From positions 1,344,001-1,408,000 of the forward strand of contig CAVVLO010000002.1 in assembly GCA_963749155.1 (NCBI GenBank): a DNA stretch of 64,000 nt, read 5' to 3'. Of this stretch, positions 10,215 through 19,174 are shown one piece after another (the first letter of the stretch is position 1; each line of letters opens with the position of its first letter). The notes beneath the pieces are model-generated. The model was not told the DNA's origin and did no database searches. It saw only the letters and a program-made list of their open reading frames with translations. The position numbers were made by a program, and so were the translations under genes. The stretch comes from an uncultured Armatimonadia bacterium. GTDB taxonomy: Bacteria; Armatimonadota; Zipacnadia; CAVVLO01.

Positions 10215-10811
10215 CGGCGTTCCCCCTTGATTGGTTGGCGGGGTGGGCACTGACAGAAACAGCATATTGCGAGACTTTACAGTTGTCAAGCAAAGATCCT
10301 GTATCTCCAGTATTAAACAGCGCCAGGATTGCGCGGAGGGGCTTTACTGGCCGGAGTTGCTGCCTTGGTCGCTCCTCCGAAACCTTTTTGACACATCCTT
10401 TACCATCCCAATCCCCCACCCACCCCGGGGATTAGGAATCTGCAACTTCCGTGCCACAACAGGCCTCTGGAGAGCGATGTGGCGAAAGATTTACAGAAGA
10501 TTTACGGATAGGAGATGGTTTCGGGAGCAGAGGCCTGACCTTCGGTCAGGAACCCGAAACATCAACTTTTCTGGCCACGCCCGACATAAGAGGTGCAGGG
10601 GTAGAACCCCTGCGCCATCGAGAGGGGAGGTGGTTTCGGGAGCAGAGGCCTGACCTCGGTCAGGAACCCGAAACACGCTACAAGGAAGCGGGGGGTAAAA
10701 AGGCTGGAACCGACATAAAAGGTGCAGGGGTAAAACCCCTGCACCATCGAGAGGGGAGGTGGTTTGGGGAGCAGAGGCCAGACCTCAGTCAGGAACCCGA
10801 AACACGCTACA
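10125..10811. repeat. Left arm of about 690 bp inverted repeat (partner 15245-15935)
   Basis: Reverse complement matches 15245-15935. I saw only 2 differences across the unique part, 10214-10510. Confidence 0.92.
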
Positions 10812-10955
10812 AGGAAGCGGGGGCAAAAAGGCTGGAACCGACATAAAAGGTACAGGGGTAAAACCCCTGCACCATCGAGAAGGGGTCAGGAGCCCGAAAC
10901 ACGCCACAAGGGGGCGGCGTCAGAAAGGCTGGGCGGGTCTGAGACCCGCCCCTAC
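10511..10955. repeat. BIME-like tandem array of two alternating REP palindromes (period 128-129 bp)
   Basis: Unit A GTTTCGGG..CCTGACC(T)TCGGTCAGGAACCCGAAAC alternates with unit B GGTGCAGGGG-TAAAA-CCCCTGCACC. CCGACATAA recurs at 10581, 10710 and 10838. Array ends in GTAG-type REP GTAGGGGCGGGTCTCAGACCCGCCC (minus strand, 10931-10955). Confidence 0.85.
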
Positions 10956-11114
10956 AAGGGCGAACTGGGCAGGAGAGGGGCAAGTGAAGCTCGCGAACCG
11001 CCCCTGCCCCCCTGCTAGCAGAGCAGCCGGGCCTACCTCCTTCACGTGTATCGGCAGCTTGCTCCTGATACTTTTCCCTGCCTCCGAGGTTGGAACTTTG
11101 ACTTCCACGCCAGG

Positions 11115-11139
11115 ATTGTCTACTGTAAATGTAGATAAT
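11115..11139. promoter_or_regulatory. 9-7-9 palindrome upstream of cysE, candidate Rrf2-family (IscR/CymR-like) operator
   Basis: ATTGTCTAC-TGTAAAT-GTAGATAAT (8 of 9 arm positions complementary). AT-rich site about 95 bp upstream of a Cys/Fe-S operon. Confidence 0.5.
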
Positions 11140-11233
11140 GACTTTCGGGCAGGCCTTATAGCCTTGCGCGCGCAAGAGAAGTAGAATGTAAGGCAAGCTT
11201 ACCTAACGCAGAACGCCCACCGGAGGGGTATCG

Positions 11234-12154
11234 GTGAGTAAACAGAACGAGATCGACTTCAACAAAGTGGCCGCCGAACTGGCTGCTGCCGTATTGGCAT
11301 CTCCAGGCGCCGAGGCCGCGCGCCATTTCAGCGCTACCCGCAGGCAGGCGGTCTACAACCTGGCCGAGGGTTTTATGGCGTTGATGTTTCCGGGTTGCTT
11401 CGGCTCCGAAGCCGTTGCCATCGAAGACACCGAGGCCTATGTCGAATATCAGTTGCGCGTGCTGGCGGGAGAGCTCTTCCCCCATGTGCGGCAAGCCTTC
11501 GAGCATATGTGCTATATCGAGTGCACCGAGAACTGCGATTGCCTCGATCATAGCAGGCGCGCGGTCGCGCATTTGGCCAGGTCGCTGCCTGCCATCCGGC
11601 ACACGCTGGGCCAGGATGTGCAGGCGGCGTATGAGGGCGATCCGGCGGCGCGTTCGCAGGGAGAGGTCGTGCTGGCTTATCCTTTCCTCGAGGCGATTAC
11701 CGTCCAGCGCATCGCGCATGCGCTCTATGAGGAAGATGTGCCCGTCATCCCGCGTATGATGACCGAGTGGGCTCATTCTCGCACGGGGATAGACATCCAC
11801 CCAGGCGCCCAGCTAGGCCCGCGGTTCTTCATAGATCACGGGACGGGCGTAGTAATCGGCGAGACGACGACAATCGGCGCCAATGTGCGCGTCTACCAGG
11901 GCGTGACGCTGGGCGCTCTCTCCTTCCCGCTGGATGAACATGGCAACCCCATCAAGGGCGTTAAGCGCCATCCTGACATCGAAGAAGACGTCATCATCTA
12001 TGCGGGGGCGACCATCCTCGGCGGCGAGACAGTCGTCGGGAAGGGCTCCGTAATCGGCGGCAACGTGTGGCTTACGCACTCGGTGGCGCCCTATACGAAA
12101 GTCTACAACGCCCAGCCAGGGCCGAAGCTGGTCAATGGCGGAGGTGCAAACTGA
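11234..12154 (+). CDS. cysE: Serine O-acetyltransferase
   Basis: DVQAAYEGDPAA, TGIDIHPGA, FFIDHGTGVVIGET, YQGVTLGA and KRHP. Confidence 0.92.
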   Translation: MSKQNEIDFNKVAAELAAAVLASPGAEAARHFSATRRQAVYNLAEGFMALMFPGCFGSEAVAIEDTEAYVEYQLRVLAGELFPHVRQAFEHMCYIECTENCDCLDHSRRAVAHLARSLPAIRHTLGQDVQAAYEGDPAARSQGEVVLAYPFLEAITVQRIAHALYEEDVPVIPRMMTEWAHSRTGIDIHPGAQLGPRFFIDHGTGVVIGETTTIGANVRVYQGVTLGALSFPLDEHGNPIKGVKRHPDIEEDVIIYAGATILGGETVVGKGSVIGGNVWLTHSVAPYTKVYNAQPGPKLVNGGGAN

Positions 12155-12984
12155 TGTGGAACTATTCTGAAAAAGTGATGGACCATTTCCTCAACCCGCG
12201 CAATGCCGGTGAGATGGAGAATCCCGATGGCGTCGGTCAGATAGGCAGCATCGTCTGCGGCGACGCGCTGAAATTGATGCTGAAGATAGACGCCGAGACC
12301 GAGACCATTACAGAGGCGAAGTTCCTCACTTTCGGTTGCGGCAGCGCCATCGCGTCGGCTTCGGCGTTGACCGAACTGGTGAAGGGGATGCCCCTCGATG
12401 AGGCGGTCAAGCTCACCGATGACGATATCGCGGCCTATCTCGACGGGCTGCCCGAAGAGAAGATGCACTGCTCCGTGATGGGCACCGATGCGCTCAAGGC
12501 GGCGGTTGCGAATTTTCGCGGGGAAGCGCCCACCGATACCTCCATCCTGGCCGGAGAGGTTGTCTGCAAGTGCTTCAATGTGACGCGCAAGAAACTCGAA
12601 GAGGTCATCCTCGCCCACAAATTGACCGAGGTAGAGCAGGTTACCGATTACACGAAGGCCGGCGGAGCCTGCGGCCAGTGTAAAGGGCGCATCGAAGAAC
12701 TGCTGGCTGAACTGGCGCCCAGATTTGGCGAGCAGACGGGCAGGGCACTCACCAACCTCGAACGGGTGCGCCTGGTCGAACAGGTCTTCGAGAACGAGAT
12801 CAGGCCCGCTCTGCAGTCGGACGGCGGCGATCTGGAACTGGTAGACATCGACGGCAAGCGGATCGTCGTCTCGTTGATGGGCCGCTGTGCCAGTTGTCAT
12901 GCGGCGGACGCAACCTTGCGCGATTTTGTCGAAGCGCGCCTGCGCGAACGCATCGAACCCGACCTTGAAGTCGTGGCCCAGTAG
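12154..12984 (+). CDS. nifU: Three-domain Fe-S scaffold NifU
   Basis: YSEKVMDHFLNPRNAG, CGD, FGCGSAIAS, KMHCS, central CKC...CGQC, and C-terminal Nfu domain DGGD...CASC. ATG overlaps the cysE stop. Confidence 0.92.
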   Translation: MWNYSEKVMDHFLNPRNAGEMENPDGVGQIGSIVCGDALKLMLKIDAETETITEAKFLTFGCGSAIASASALTELVKGMPLDEAVKLTDDDIAAYLDGLPEEKMHCSVMGTDALKAAVANFRGEAPTDTSILAGEVVCKCFNVTRKKLEEVILAHKLTEVEQVTDYTKAGGACGQCKGRIEELLAELAPRFGEQTGRALTNLERVRLVEQVFENEIRPALQSDGGDLELVDIDGKRIVVSLMGRCASCHAADATLRDFVEARLRERIEPDLEVVAQ

Positions 12985-13003
12985 CCGGGAGGCGCAAGCC
13001 CTT

Positions 13004-14235
13004 ATGGCATCACCGGATGAGCGCCAGGTTGCGTATCTGGACAACAACGCCACGACGCCGGTCGCGCCGGAAGTCTTCGCCGCGATGGAGCCCTACCTGA
13101 CGCGCGATTACGGCAATCCCTCCAGCATCTACAAGCTGGCCTCTGTCACTCGCAAAGCTCTCGACAAGGCCAGAGAACAGGTCGCAGCGCTCATCGGGGC
13201 GGAGCCGGAAGAGATTCTCTTCACCAGTTGCGGTTCTGAATCCGACAACACGGCAATCCTGTCGGCCCTGTCGAAGGCCGAACCTCAAGCAAGTACTTGG
13301 TAACCTCGCGCGTCGAGCATGCCGCGGTGCTCAACCTGGCTGCCAGGCTGCGCGAAGAGGGCCGGGGCGTCCTTGAGGTCGCCGTAGATCCAGCGGGAAG
13401 ACTCGATATGGCGGAGTTCCGCTCCGCGCTCGAAGCTGGCACTGGCGCGGTCTCGATAATGTGGGCCAATAATGAGACGGGAGTGCTCTTCCCCGTCGCC
13501 GAACTGGCCGAACTTGCGCGCGAGCGCGACCTCCCCTTCCACACCGATGCCGTGCAGGCGGTCGGCAAGGTGCCAATCGACGTGAAAGCCCTTGGCGTGG
13601 ATTACCTGGCGATGTCAGGCCACAAGTTGCACGCGCCGAAGGGCGTCGGGGCCTTATATATAAGGAAAGGAGCGCCTTTCCGGCCCTTCCTCGTCGGTGG
13701 CCATCAGGAAGCCGGGCGGCGGGGCGGCACCGAGAACGTCGCCGGTATCGTGGCTTTTGGCGCTGCGGCCGAACTAGCCGCTGCTCATCTGGACGAGGAG
13801 AACACCCGCGTGCGCGCGCTGCGCGACAGGCTGGAGCAGGGCCTGCTGACCTCTTGCCCCAACACCCGCCTCAACGGCGATCCCTTGAATCGCCTGCCCA
13901 ACACCTCAAATATCAGCTTCGAGTATGTGGAGGGAGAAGCCATCCTGCTGCTGCTCGATCACTTCGGGATAGCCGCGAGTTCTGGCTCGGCCTGCACGAC
14001 AGGGTCGCTTGAGCCCTCTCATGTGCTGCGGGCAATGGATGTGCCTTACACGGCCGCGCACGGCTCGATACGCTTCAGTCTCAGTCGTTACAACACCGAC
14101 GCGGACGTCGATCGCGTCCTCGAAGTGATGCCAGGCCTGATAGAGCGGCTGCGTTCACTTTCACCCTTTGGACGCAGCGGGACGGATGATATGACAGGCT
14201 GGCAGGGTTTCTGCAACCACTCAGATACGACCTAG
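13004..14235 (+). CDS. nifS: Cysteine desulfurase (one frameshift near 13290)
   Basis: YLDNNATT, YGNPSS, FTSCGSESDN, then VEHAAV, HTDAVQ, SGHKLHAPKG and SSGSACT. Confidence 0.9.
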
Positions 14236-14244
14236 AGGGACGTT

Positions 14245-15201
14245 ATGGGACAGATATTTGCTGACAACTCGCTTTCTATTGGCAATACTCCGCTGGTGCG
14301 GTTGAATCGGCTGACCCTGGGCGCCAAGGCCACGGTGCTGGCAAAGGTGGAAGGCCGCAATCCAGCCTATTCCGTTAAATGCCGGGTTGGCGCGGCGATG
14401 GTCCACGATGCAGAAGAGCGCGGCTTGCTGAAGCCCGGCGTCGAACTCGTCGAGCCGACCAGCGGTAATACCGGCATCGCGCTGGCTTATGTGTGCGCGG
14501 CGCGCGGTTACAAGCTGACCCTGACGATGCCTGAGACGATGAGCAGCGAACGGCGCAAGGTGCTGGCGGCCTTTGGCGCCAACCTGGTGCTGACTCCAGG
14601 CGCGCAGGGGATGGCCGGTGCTATCGCCGAGGCGGAGCGACTCGCGGCCTCCGATACCGACCACTATTTCCTGGCCCAGCAGTTCAAGAATCCCGCCAAC
14701 CCGCGTATCCACGAGCAGACGACCGGGCCCGAGATCTGGCGCGACACCGACGGGCAGGTGGACGCGCTGGTGGCAGGGGTCGGCACGGGCGGCACCATCA
14801 CTGGCATCTCGCGCCATATCAAGCAGCAGCTTGGGCAACCGCTGGTGAGCGTCGCGGTCGAGCCGGCGGCCAGTCCCGTCATCACCCAGACGCTGGCGGG
14901 CAAGCCAATCCAGAAAAGCTCTCATGGCATCCAGGGCATCGGAGCGGGATTCATCCCCGACGTGCTGGACCTCTCCCTCATCGATCGGGTAGAGCGGATT
15001 GAGGACGAGGAAGCGCTCGAAGTGGCGCGCAGGCTCGCGCGCGAAGAGGGCCTGCTGTCTGGCATCTCCTGCGGCGCCGCGACCGCCGCCGCGCTGCGTC
15101 TGGCTTTCTCCGAGGAGTTCGAGGGCAAGACGCTCGTCGTCATCCTCCCCGACTCGGGCGAACGCTATCTCTCAACCGCGCTTTTCGCTGGGATTGGGTA
15201 A
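14245..15201 (+). CDS. cysK: Cysteine synthase A
   Basis: [40 protein letters not shown] and [10 protein letters not shown]. Confidence 0.95.
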   Translation: MGQIFADNSLSIGNTPLVRLNRLTLGAKATVLAKVEGRNPAYSVKCRVGAAMVHDAEERGLLKPGVELVEPTSGNTGIALAYVCAARGYKLTLTMPETMSSERRKVLAAFGANLVLTPGAQGMAGAIAEAERLAASDTDHYFLAQQFKNPANPRIHEQTTGPEIWRDTDGQVDALVAGVGTGGTITGISRHIKQQLGQPLVSVAVEPAASPVITQTLAGKPIQKSSHGIQGIGAGFIPDVLDLSLIDRVERIEDEEALEVARRLAREEGLLSGISCGAATAAALRLAFSEEFEGKTLVVILPDSGERYLSTALFAGIG

Positions 15202-15244
15202 CCTAAGGCTCAAGGCTTGGAACCGCTGAGGCTGCCCGCTCCCC

Positions 15245-15935
15245 TGTAGGGTGTTTCGGGTTCTTGACCTAGGGTCAGGCCTCTGCTCCCGAAACCATCT
15301 CCCCCTCTCGATGGTGCGGGGGTTTTACCCCTGCACCTTTTATGTCGGTTCCAGCCTTTTTGCCCCGGCTTCCTTGTAGTGTGTTTCGGGCTCCTGACCG
15401 AGGGTCAGGCCTCTGATCCCGAAACCACCTCCCCTTCTCGATGGTGCAGGGGTTCTACCCCTGCACCTTTTATGTCGGGCGTGGCCAGAAAAGTTGATGT
15501 TTCGGGTTCCTGACCGAAGGTCAGGCCTCTGCTCCCGAAACCATCTCCTATCCGTAAATCTTCTGTAAATCTTTCGCCACATCGCTCTCCAGAGGCCTGT
15601 TGTGGCACGGAAGTTGCAGATTCCTAATCCCCGGGGTGGGTGGGGGATTGGGATGGTAAAGGATGTGTCAGAAAGGTTTCGGAGGAGCGACCAAGGCAGC
15701 AACTCCGGCCAGTAAAGCCCCTCCGCGCAATCCTGGCGCTGTTTAATACTGGAGATACAAGATCTTTGCTTGACAACTGTAAAGTCTCGCAATATGCTGT
15801 TTCTGTCAGTGCCCACCCCGCCAACCAATCAAGGGGGAACGCCGATGCGCCGCCTCAGCCTGCTTCTGTTCCTCATCGTGCTTGCTTGCACCACGTCTTT
15901 AGCGACGGCAGAGAAGCCATACACACTTGCGGACG
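15245..15935. repeat. Right arm of about 690 bp inverted repeat (REP array 15245-15548, promoter and signal-peptide codons)
   Basis: Reverse complement of 10125-10811. A-type REPs begin GTAGGGTGTTTCGGG or GTAGTGTGTTTCGGG. Confidence 0.92.
15770..15798 (+). promoter_or_regulatory. sigma70 promoter (identical copy on minus strand at 10261-10289)
   Basis: TTGACA-17 nt-TATGCT, about 47 bp upstream of ATG 15845. Confidence 0.7.
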
Positions 15936-16893
15936 GCTGCCTGATCCCGGACAGCGTCACCACTGCGTCTGCGGATCACTTCGACTTCAACTATGCCGCG
16001 CACTTCGCCAAGGGCCTGGCGTTTCCACTGGTAGCACTGTCCGTCGTGACCCCACCCTACAGCTACTCTGCGCCGGCACCCAGTTCGCACCTGGCGACAT
16101 CATACGCCACGGCGGGGGTTGCGAAGGCACGGGTCCAGCTGCCAGTCTACAGCACTGGATCAGGCGATTGGCACGCCAGATTCGCGCTAGTCCCCTCACG
16201 CACAGAGCGGCGTGCCTGGGCGCTAACAGGGCTGCGGTTGAAGGTGGAGAGCCCGCGCACGATGAAGCGCCTCGTGTGCCGAGGGCGTCTGAAGGGCAAC
16301 TTGCGCACCAACGGCACCGCCCTTCCCTTCCCTGCACCCTCCTCCTGGGCGCGACCCGGCGCGCTGGTCAAGGCGCACTTCGCTATCCTGCCAAGACCAT
16401 CCTTCGACAACAGCCCACCTGCGACATCTGGAGCTGGGCAACGCTCTGGAACGGGCTACTTACGTGGGCCGATCCAGCCCACTCGCTAATGGAGGGCGGC
16501 ATCACATACGCCAGCTATGCGACGGAACTGGAACTCGATATGCCGATAGTGGGACTACCCGCCGACAGCATGCAACTAGTATTCAGGGCTCCGGCGACCG
16601 AGGCAGAACAGCGCCGCGTCGCTGCCTTGTATCCTGAAGTTTTCAGGTGGACCGGCATTGGTGGTGCCCCCAATCTCAAGGAGCGCCGGATGTCTTCTGT
16701 GCCCGAGCCAATGGTGCTCTATCCTGGATATGACGAATACTGGGTGGTACTGCTACTGGAGGTGGCATACTTCCCTCGCGCCTGGTCTGTGGTCTCCGAC
16801 ACCGACCTGGACTTCTACTCCGGCGACTACGGGGCGTATTTCGATTCGCTGGAGATCGAACTCGAGCCTGTGAAGAAGGCTGCCAAGGCTTAG
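15845..16893 (+). CDS. Secreted hypothetical protein (one frameshift near 16410-16425)
   Basis: Signal peptide MRRLSLLLFLIVLACTTSLATA in ORF 15770-16489 continues into the C-terminal half of ORF 15640-16893, ending SDTDLDFYSGDYGAYFDSLEIELEPVKKAAKA. Confidence 0.7.
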
Positions 16894-16999
16894 ACGCTCC
16901 CTCCCCGCCTCTGCAGGGATCCCGGGCCCTCTGGCGAAAGTCATTACCCCTCTTCCAGAGGTCACTTCCAACTGGCGTTAGCTACCGAGGAGAACCGAG

Positions 17000-18253
17000 A
17001 TGAACCACCTGTCCACAAGGCCCCTGGTGTTCGCGATTATACTGATACTGGCTGCGGCCACGCTTGCCGGCGCGGCGCCGGGCGAGCCTGCTACCCTCAG
17101 TGTGGCTCCGACTTCGCTCGTTATCTACGTGGGAGAGACCCACCAGTTCGTCGCGACTGTGTTGGATGAGGAAGGCAAGCCAACTCGACTTCAAACCCGA
17201 GCCTGGAGCCTGACCGGCGAGATCGGCGAGGTGGATCAGACTGGCCTGTTTACGGCTGGTCCCAAGCGCGCTGCCGGCGTCGTTACTGCGACACTGGGCA
17301 CCCTTGTGGCAACGGCCAGTGTCAGCGTGGTCCCTTACGGCTATTTCGCCTGCCACACCGATGGACGCATCGTCTACACCTCCGAGGACGGCGGCGATAG
17401 CGAATACGATGTCTTCCTGATGAACGGCGATGGCTCCAACCCGCGCAACCTGACGCTCGACGTGCCCGACGCGCCCGAGGACTACGACACCAATCTCGAC
17501 CAGGGCGGCTTGCCTTGCTGGAGCCCCGATGGGAATTCTCTAGCCTATGAGTTGTGGGTCGGCCCCGGTTACGGCCTGGGCCTGATGAACCCGGACGGCT
17601 CCGGCAAGCGCCTCCTGCCGCGCCCAGAGGGGCTCTCCTGCTACCGGCCGAGTTTCTCCACCGACGGCAAGCAGCTTCTCTTTGATGCGCGCCCCTTACT
17701 CGATGAATACACCTTTGGACCTGGTGATATCTACCTGATGGACCTCGAGAGCGGCAAGGTCACGAAGCTGACGACCGACCCGGCGGCCGAGCAAGATGCC
17801 TGTTTCTCGCCCGATGGGAAGCAGATCGCCTTCGTGCGGCAGCGCGAGCTGCCCGATGGCGACAGGGGCGAGTTGTGGCTGATGGATTCCGATGGCAAAA
17901 ACGCGCGCCGGCTGACCCCCGAGAGCGAGGATGACTTCCACCATCCCGCCTGGTCGCCCGATGGCGCGTGGCTTGCCTGCACCCTCTGCAAGGGCGGAGG
18001 GCAGGTGGGCGACATCGGACTGGTTGGCGTGAGCGATGGCCAGGTGACCAATCTGACCGAGAATCTCGACGGAGATGAATATGGGCCTTTCTGGACCTGG
18101 GATGGCTCCCATATCCTTTACGCGACCACCGACGCGCCGGGGCTTGAGTTGGAGCTCTGGTCCATCGAGCCGAAAGCCGGTGTAACCCCGGCAAATCTCA
18201 CCAGCCGTCCCGAGGCTGGCAATCTGCTGCGCTCCTACGGATACGAGTACTGA
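17000..18253 (+). CDS. Secreted Ig-like domain + TolB/PD40 beta-propeller protein
   Basis: Signal peptide. Ig-like segment LSVAPTSLVIYVGET...VDQTGLFTA. Repeated WSPDG/FSPDG/FSTDG units. GAGGAG RBS. Confidence 0.85.
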   Translation: MNHLSTRPLVFAIILILAAATLAGAAPGEPATLSVAPTSLVIYVGETHQFVATVLDEEGKPTRLQTRAWSLTGEIGEVDQTGLFTAGPKRAAGVVTATLGTLVATASVSVVPYGYFACHTDGRIVYTSEDGGDSEYDVFLMNGDGSNPRNLTLDVPDAPEDYDTNLDQGGLPCWSPDGNSLAYELWVGPGYGLGLMNPDGSGKRLLPRPEGLSCYRPSFSTDGKQLLFDARPLLDEYTFGPGDIYLMDLESGKVTKLTTDPAAEQDACFSPDGKQIAFVRQRELPDGDRGELWLMDSDGKNARRLTPESEDDFHHPAWSPDGAWLACTLCKGGGQVGDIGLVGVSDGQVTNLTENLDGDEYGPFWTWDGSHILYATTDAPGLELELWSIEPKAGVTPANLTSRPEAGNLLRSYGYEY

Positions 18254-18520
18254 GTGACGGACGGGGAGAGGCTCGCTCCTGTTGTTTCGGGACATTCCTG
18301 TCTCGAAACCAGCAGGCTTGGAGTCGGCACTTCGAGAGCCTCAGGGCCTTCGGCTGAGCGAGAGTAACCTGCCGCAGGTCTACGCCTCGCTATTTAACAT
18401 GGGGGGGGGAGGATCGTTACTTGACATATACAGATTACCGCGCTATGTTGGTTATGATCCTAATCGCTCCTTGCCATGCAAACTAGCAAGCCAGCCCTCC
18501 CAGGCTGCGAGGAGGTCCCA

Positions 18521-18964
18521 ATGACCACCGAAGCTGTTGAAGCAAGGTCGGAGCGCAAGCTGGAGCAAGAGTCTCATATAGACCAGCCGGCTGAGCTTGC
18601 CTTCTTCAGTGTCATCGTAACCCTCTGTGGCCCGGGGCTAGTACTCGCCTGGTTCCACCTCCAGATCTACTTCGAGCGCTTCTGCAACAGGCATTCGACG
18701 GCTGGTTATGATGTCGGTCCGCTACGCGAGGCTTACCTCAAGTTGATCTTCTTCTTCACTACAGTTGGCTGGCCATTGCTTGCCCTTGGTGGAATTCTGC
18801 TTGGGCTGATCGCCGCACGACGTGGACTGGCTGATAGGCGTCGTGGCTTGGTCGTGGTAGCAACCGCGGCTTGCTGCTTAGGCTTGCTGAGCTTATTATG
18901 GTGGGGGTTTGGCACGAGTTGGCTCCAATACTGGCTATACAACCCCCTATCGGCTCAACTCTGA
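18521..18964 (+). CDS. Small membrane protein (about 3 TM helices)
   Basis: GAGGAGG RBS before ATG 18521. Three hydrophobic segments. Confidence 0.6.
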   Translation: MTTEAVEARSERKLEQESHIDQPAELAFFSVIVTLCGPGLVLAWFHLQIYFERFCNRHSTAGYDVGPLREAYLKLIFFFTTVGWPLLALGGILLGLIAARRGLADRRRGLVVVATAACCLGLLSLLWWGFGTSWLQYWLYNPLSAQL

Positions 18965-18984
18965 AGTGATTTCTGATATCTGTG

Positions 18985-19021
18985 AAAAGAGGTCCGGCAT
19001 CGAGCCGGGCCTCTTGCTTTC
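18985..19021 (+). terminator. Intrinsic terminator-like hairpin
   Basis: AAGAGGTCCGGC-ATCGA-GCCGGGCCTCTT followed by GCTTT. Confidence 0.6.
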
Positions 19022-19028
19022 TGAAAGA

Positions 19029-19174
19029 CTAAAAACGCAGGGGCGGCGTGAGCAAAGCTCACGAGTTGCCCCTGCACCCCCTCACTGGGTAGTGCCCTTT
19101 CACTCGCAGGGAGTTCCCTCTTGCTGGCGAAAGTCGAGTCACCAATTCCTCAAGCCACGAGGGAGGCCCTGATG
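19029..19174 (+). repeat. About 145 bp 5'-leader repeat, inverted copy of 9109-9254
   Basis: REP-like hairpin, then GCAGGGA..CTGGCGAAAG motif, then RBS GAGGGAGG and ATG. Confidence 0.9.

Noticed and set aside
10511..10910. Possible CRISPR array
   Set aside because: The sequences between repeats are themselves repeated rather than unique spacers, the period is about 128 bp, and no cas genes are present.
10231..11196. ORFs across the REP arrays (10231-10653, 10451-10846, 10759-11184, 15340-15828 and others)
   Set aside because: They are translations of palindromic repeats with no RBS or protein-like motifs, and frames are not preserved between copies.
12154..14235. Nitrogen fixation inferred from nifU/nifS
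   Set aside because: No nitrogenase structural or cofactor genes are in the window, and NifSU also act as general Fe-S assembly proteins.
10125..15935. Composite transposon or IS pair around the cys/nif block
   Set aside because: The arms encode no transposase and contain a promoter plus gene start. I found no target-site duplication.
10125..15935. Fold-back read artefact as the source of the long inverted repeat
   Set aside because: The arms differ by scattered substitutions and REP unit number, enclose 4.4 kb of unique genes, and lead into different gene bodies. Not fully excluded without reads.
9268..16893. Diversity-generating retroelement TR/VR pair
   Set aside because: Differences between the 101 bp repeats are few and not adenine-specific, and no reverse transcriptase is in the window.
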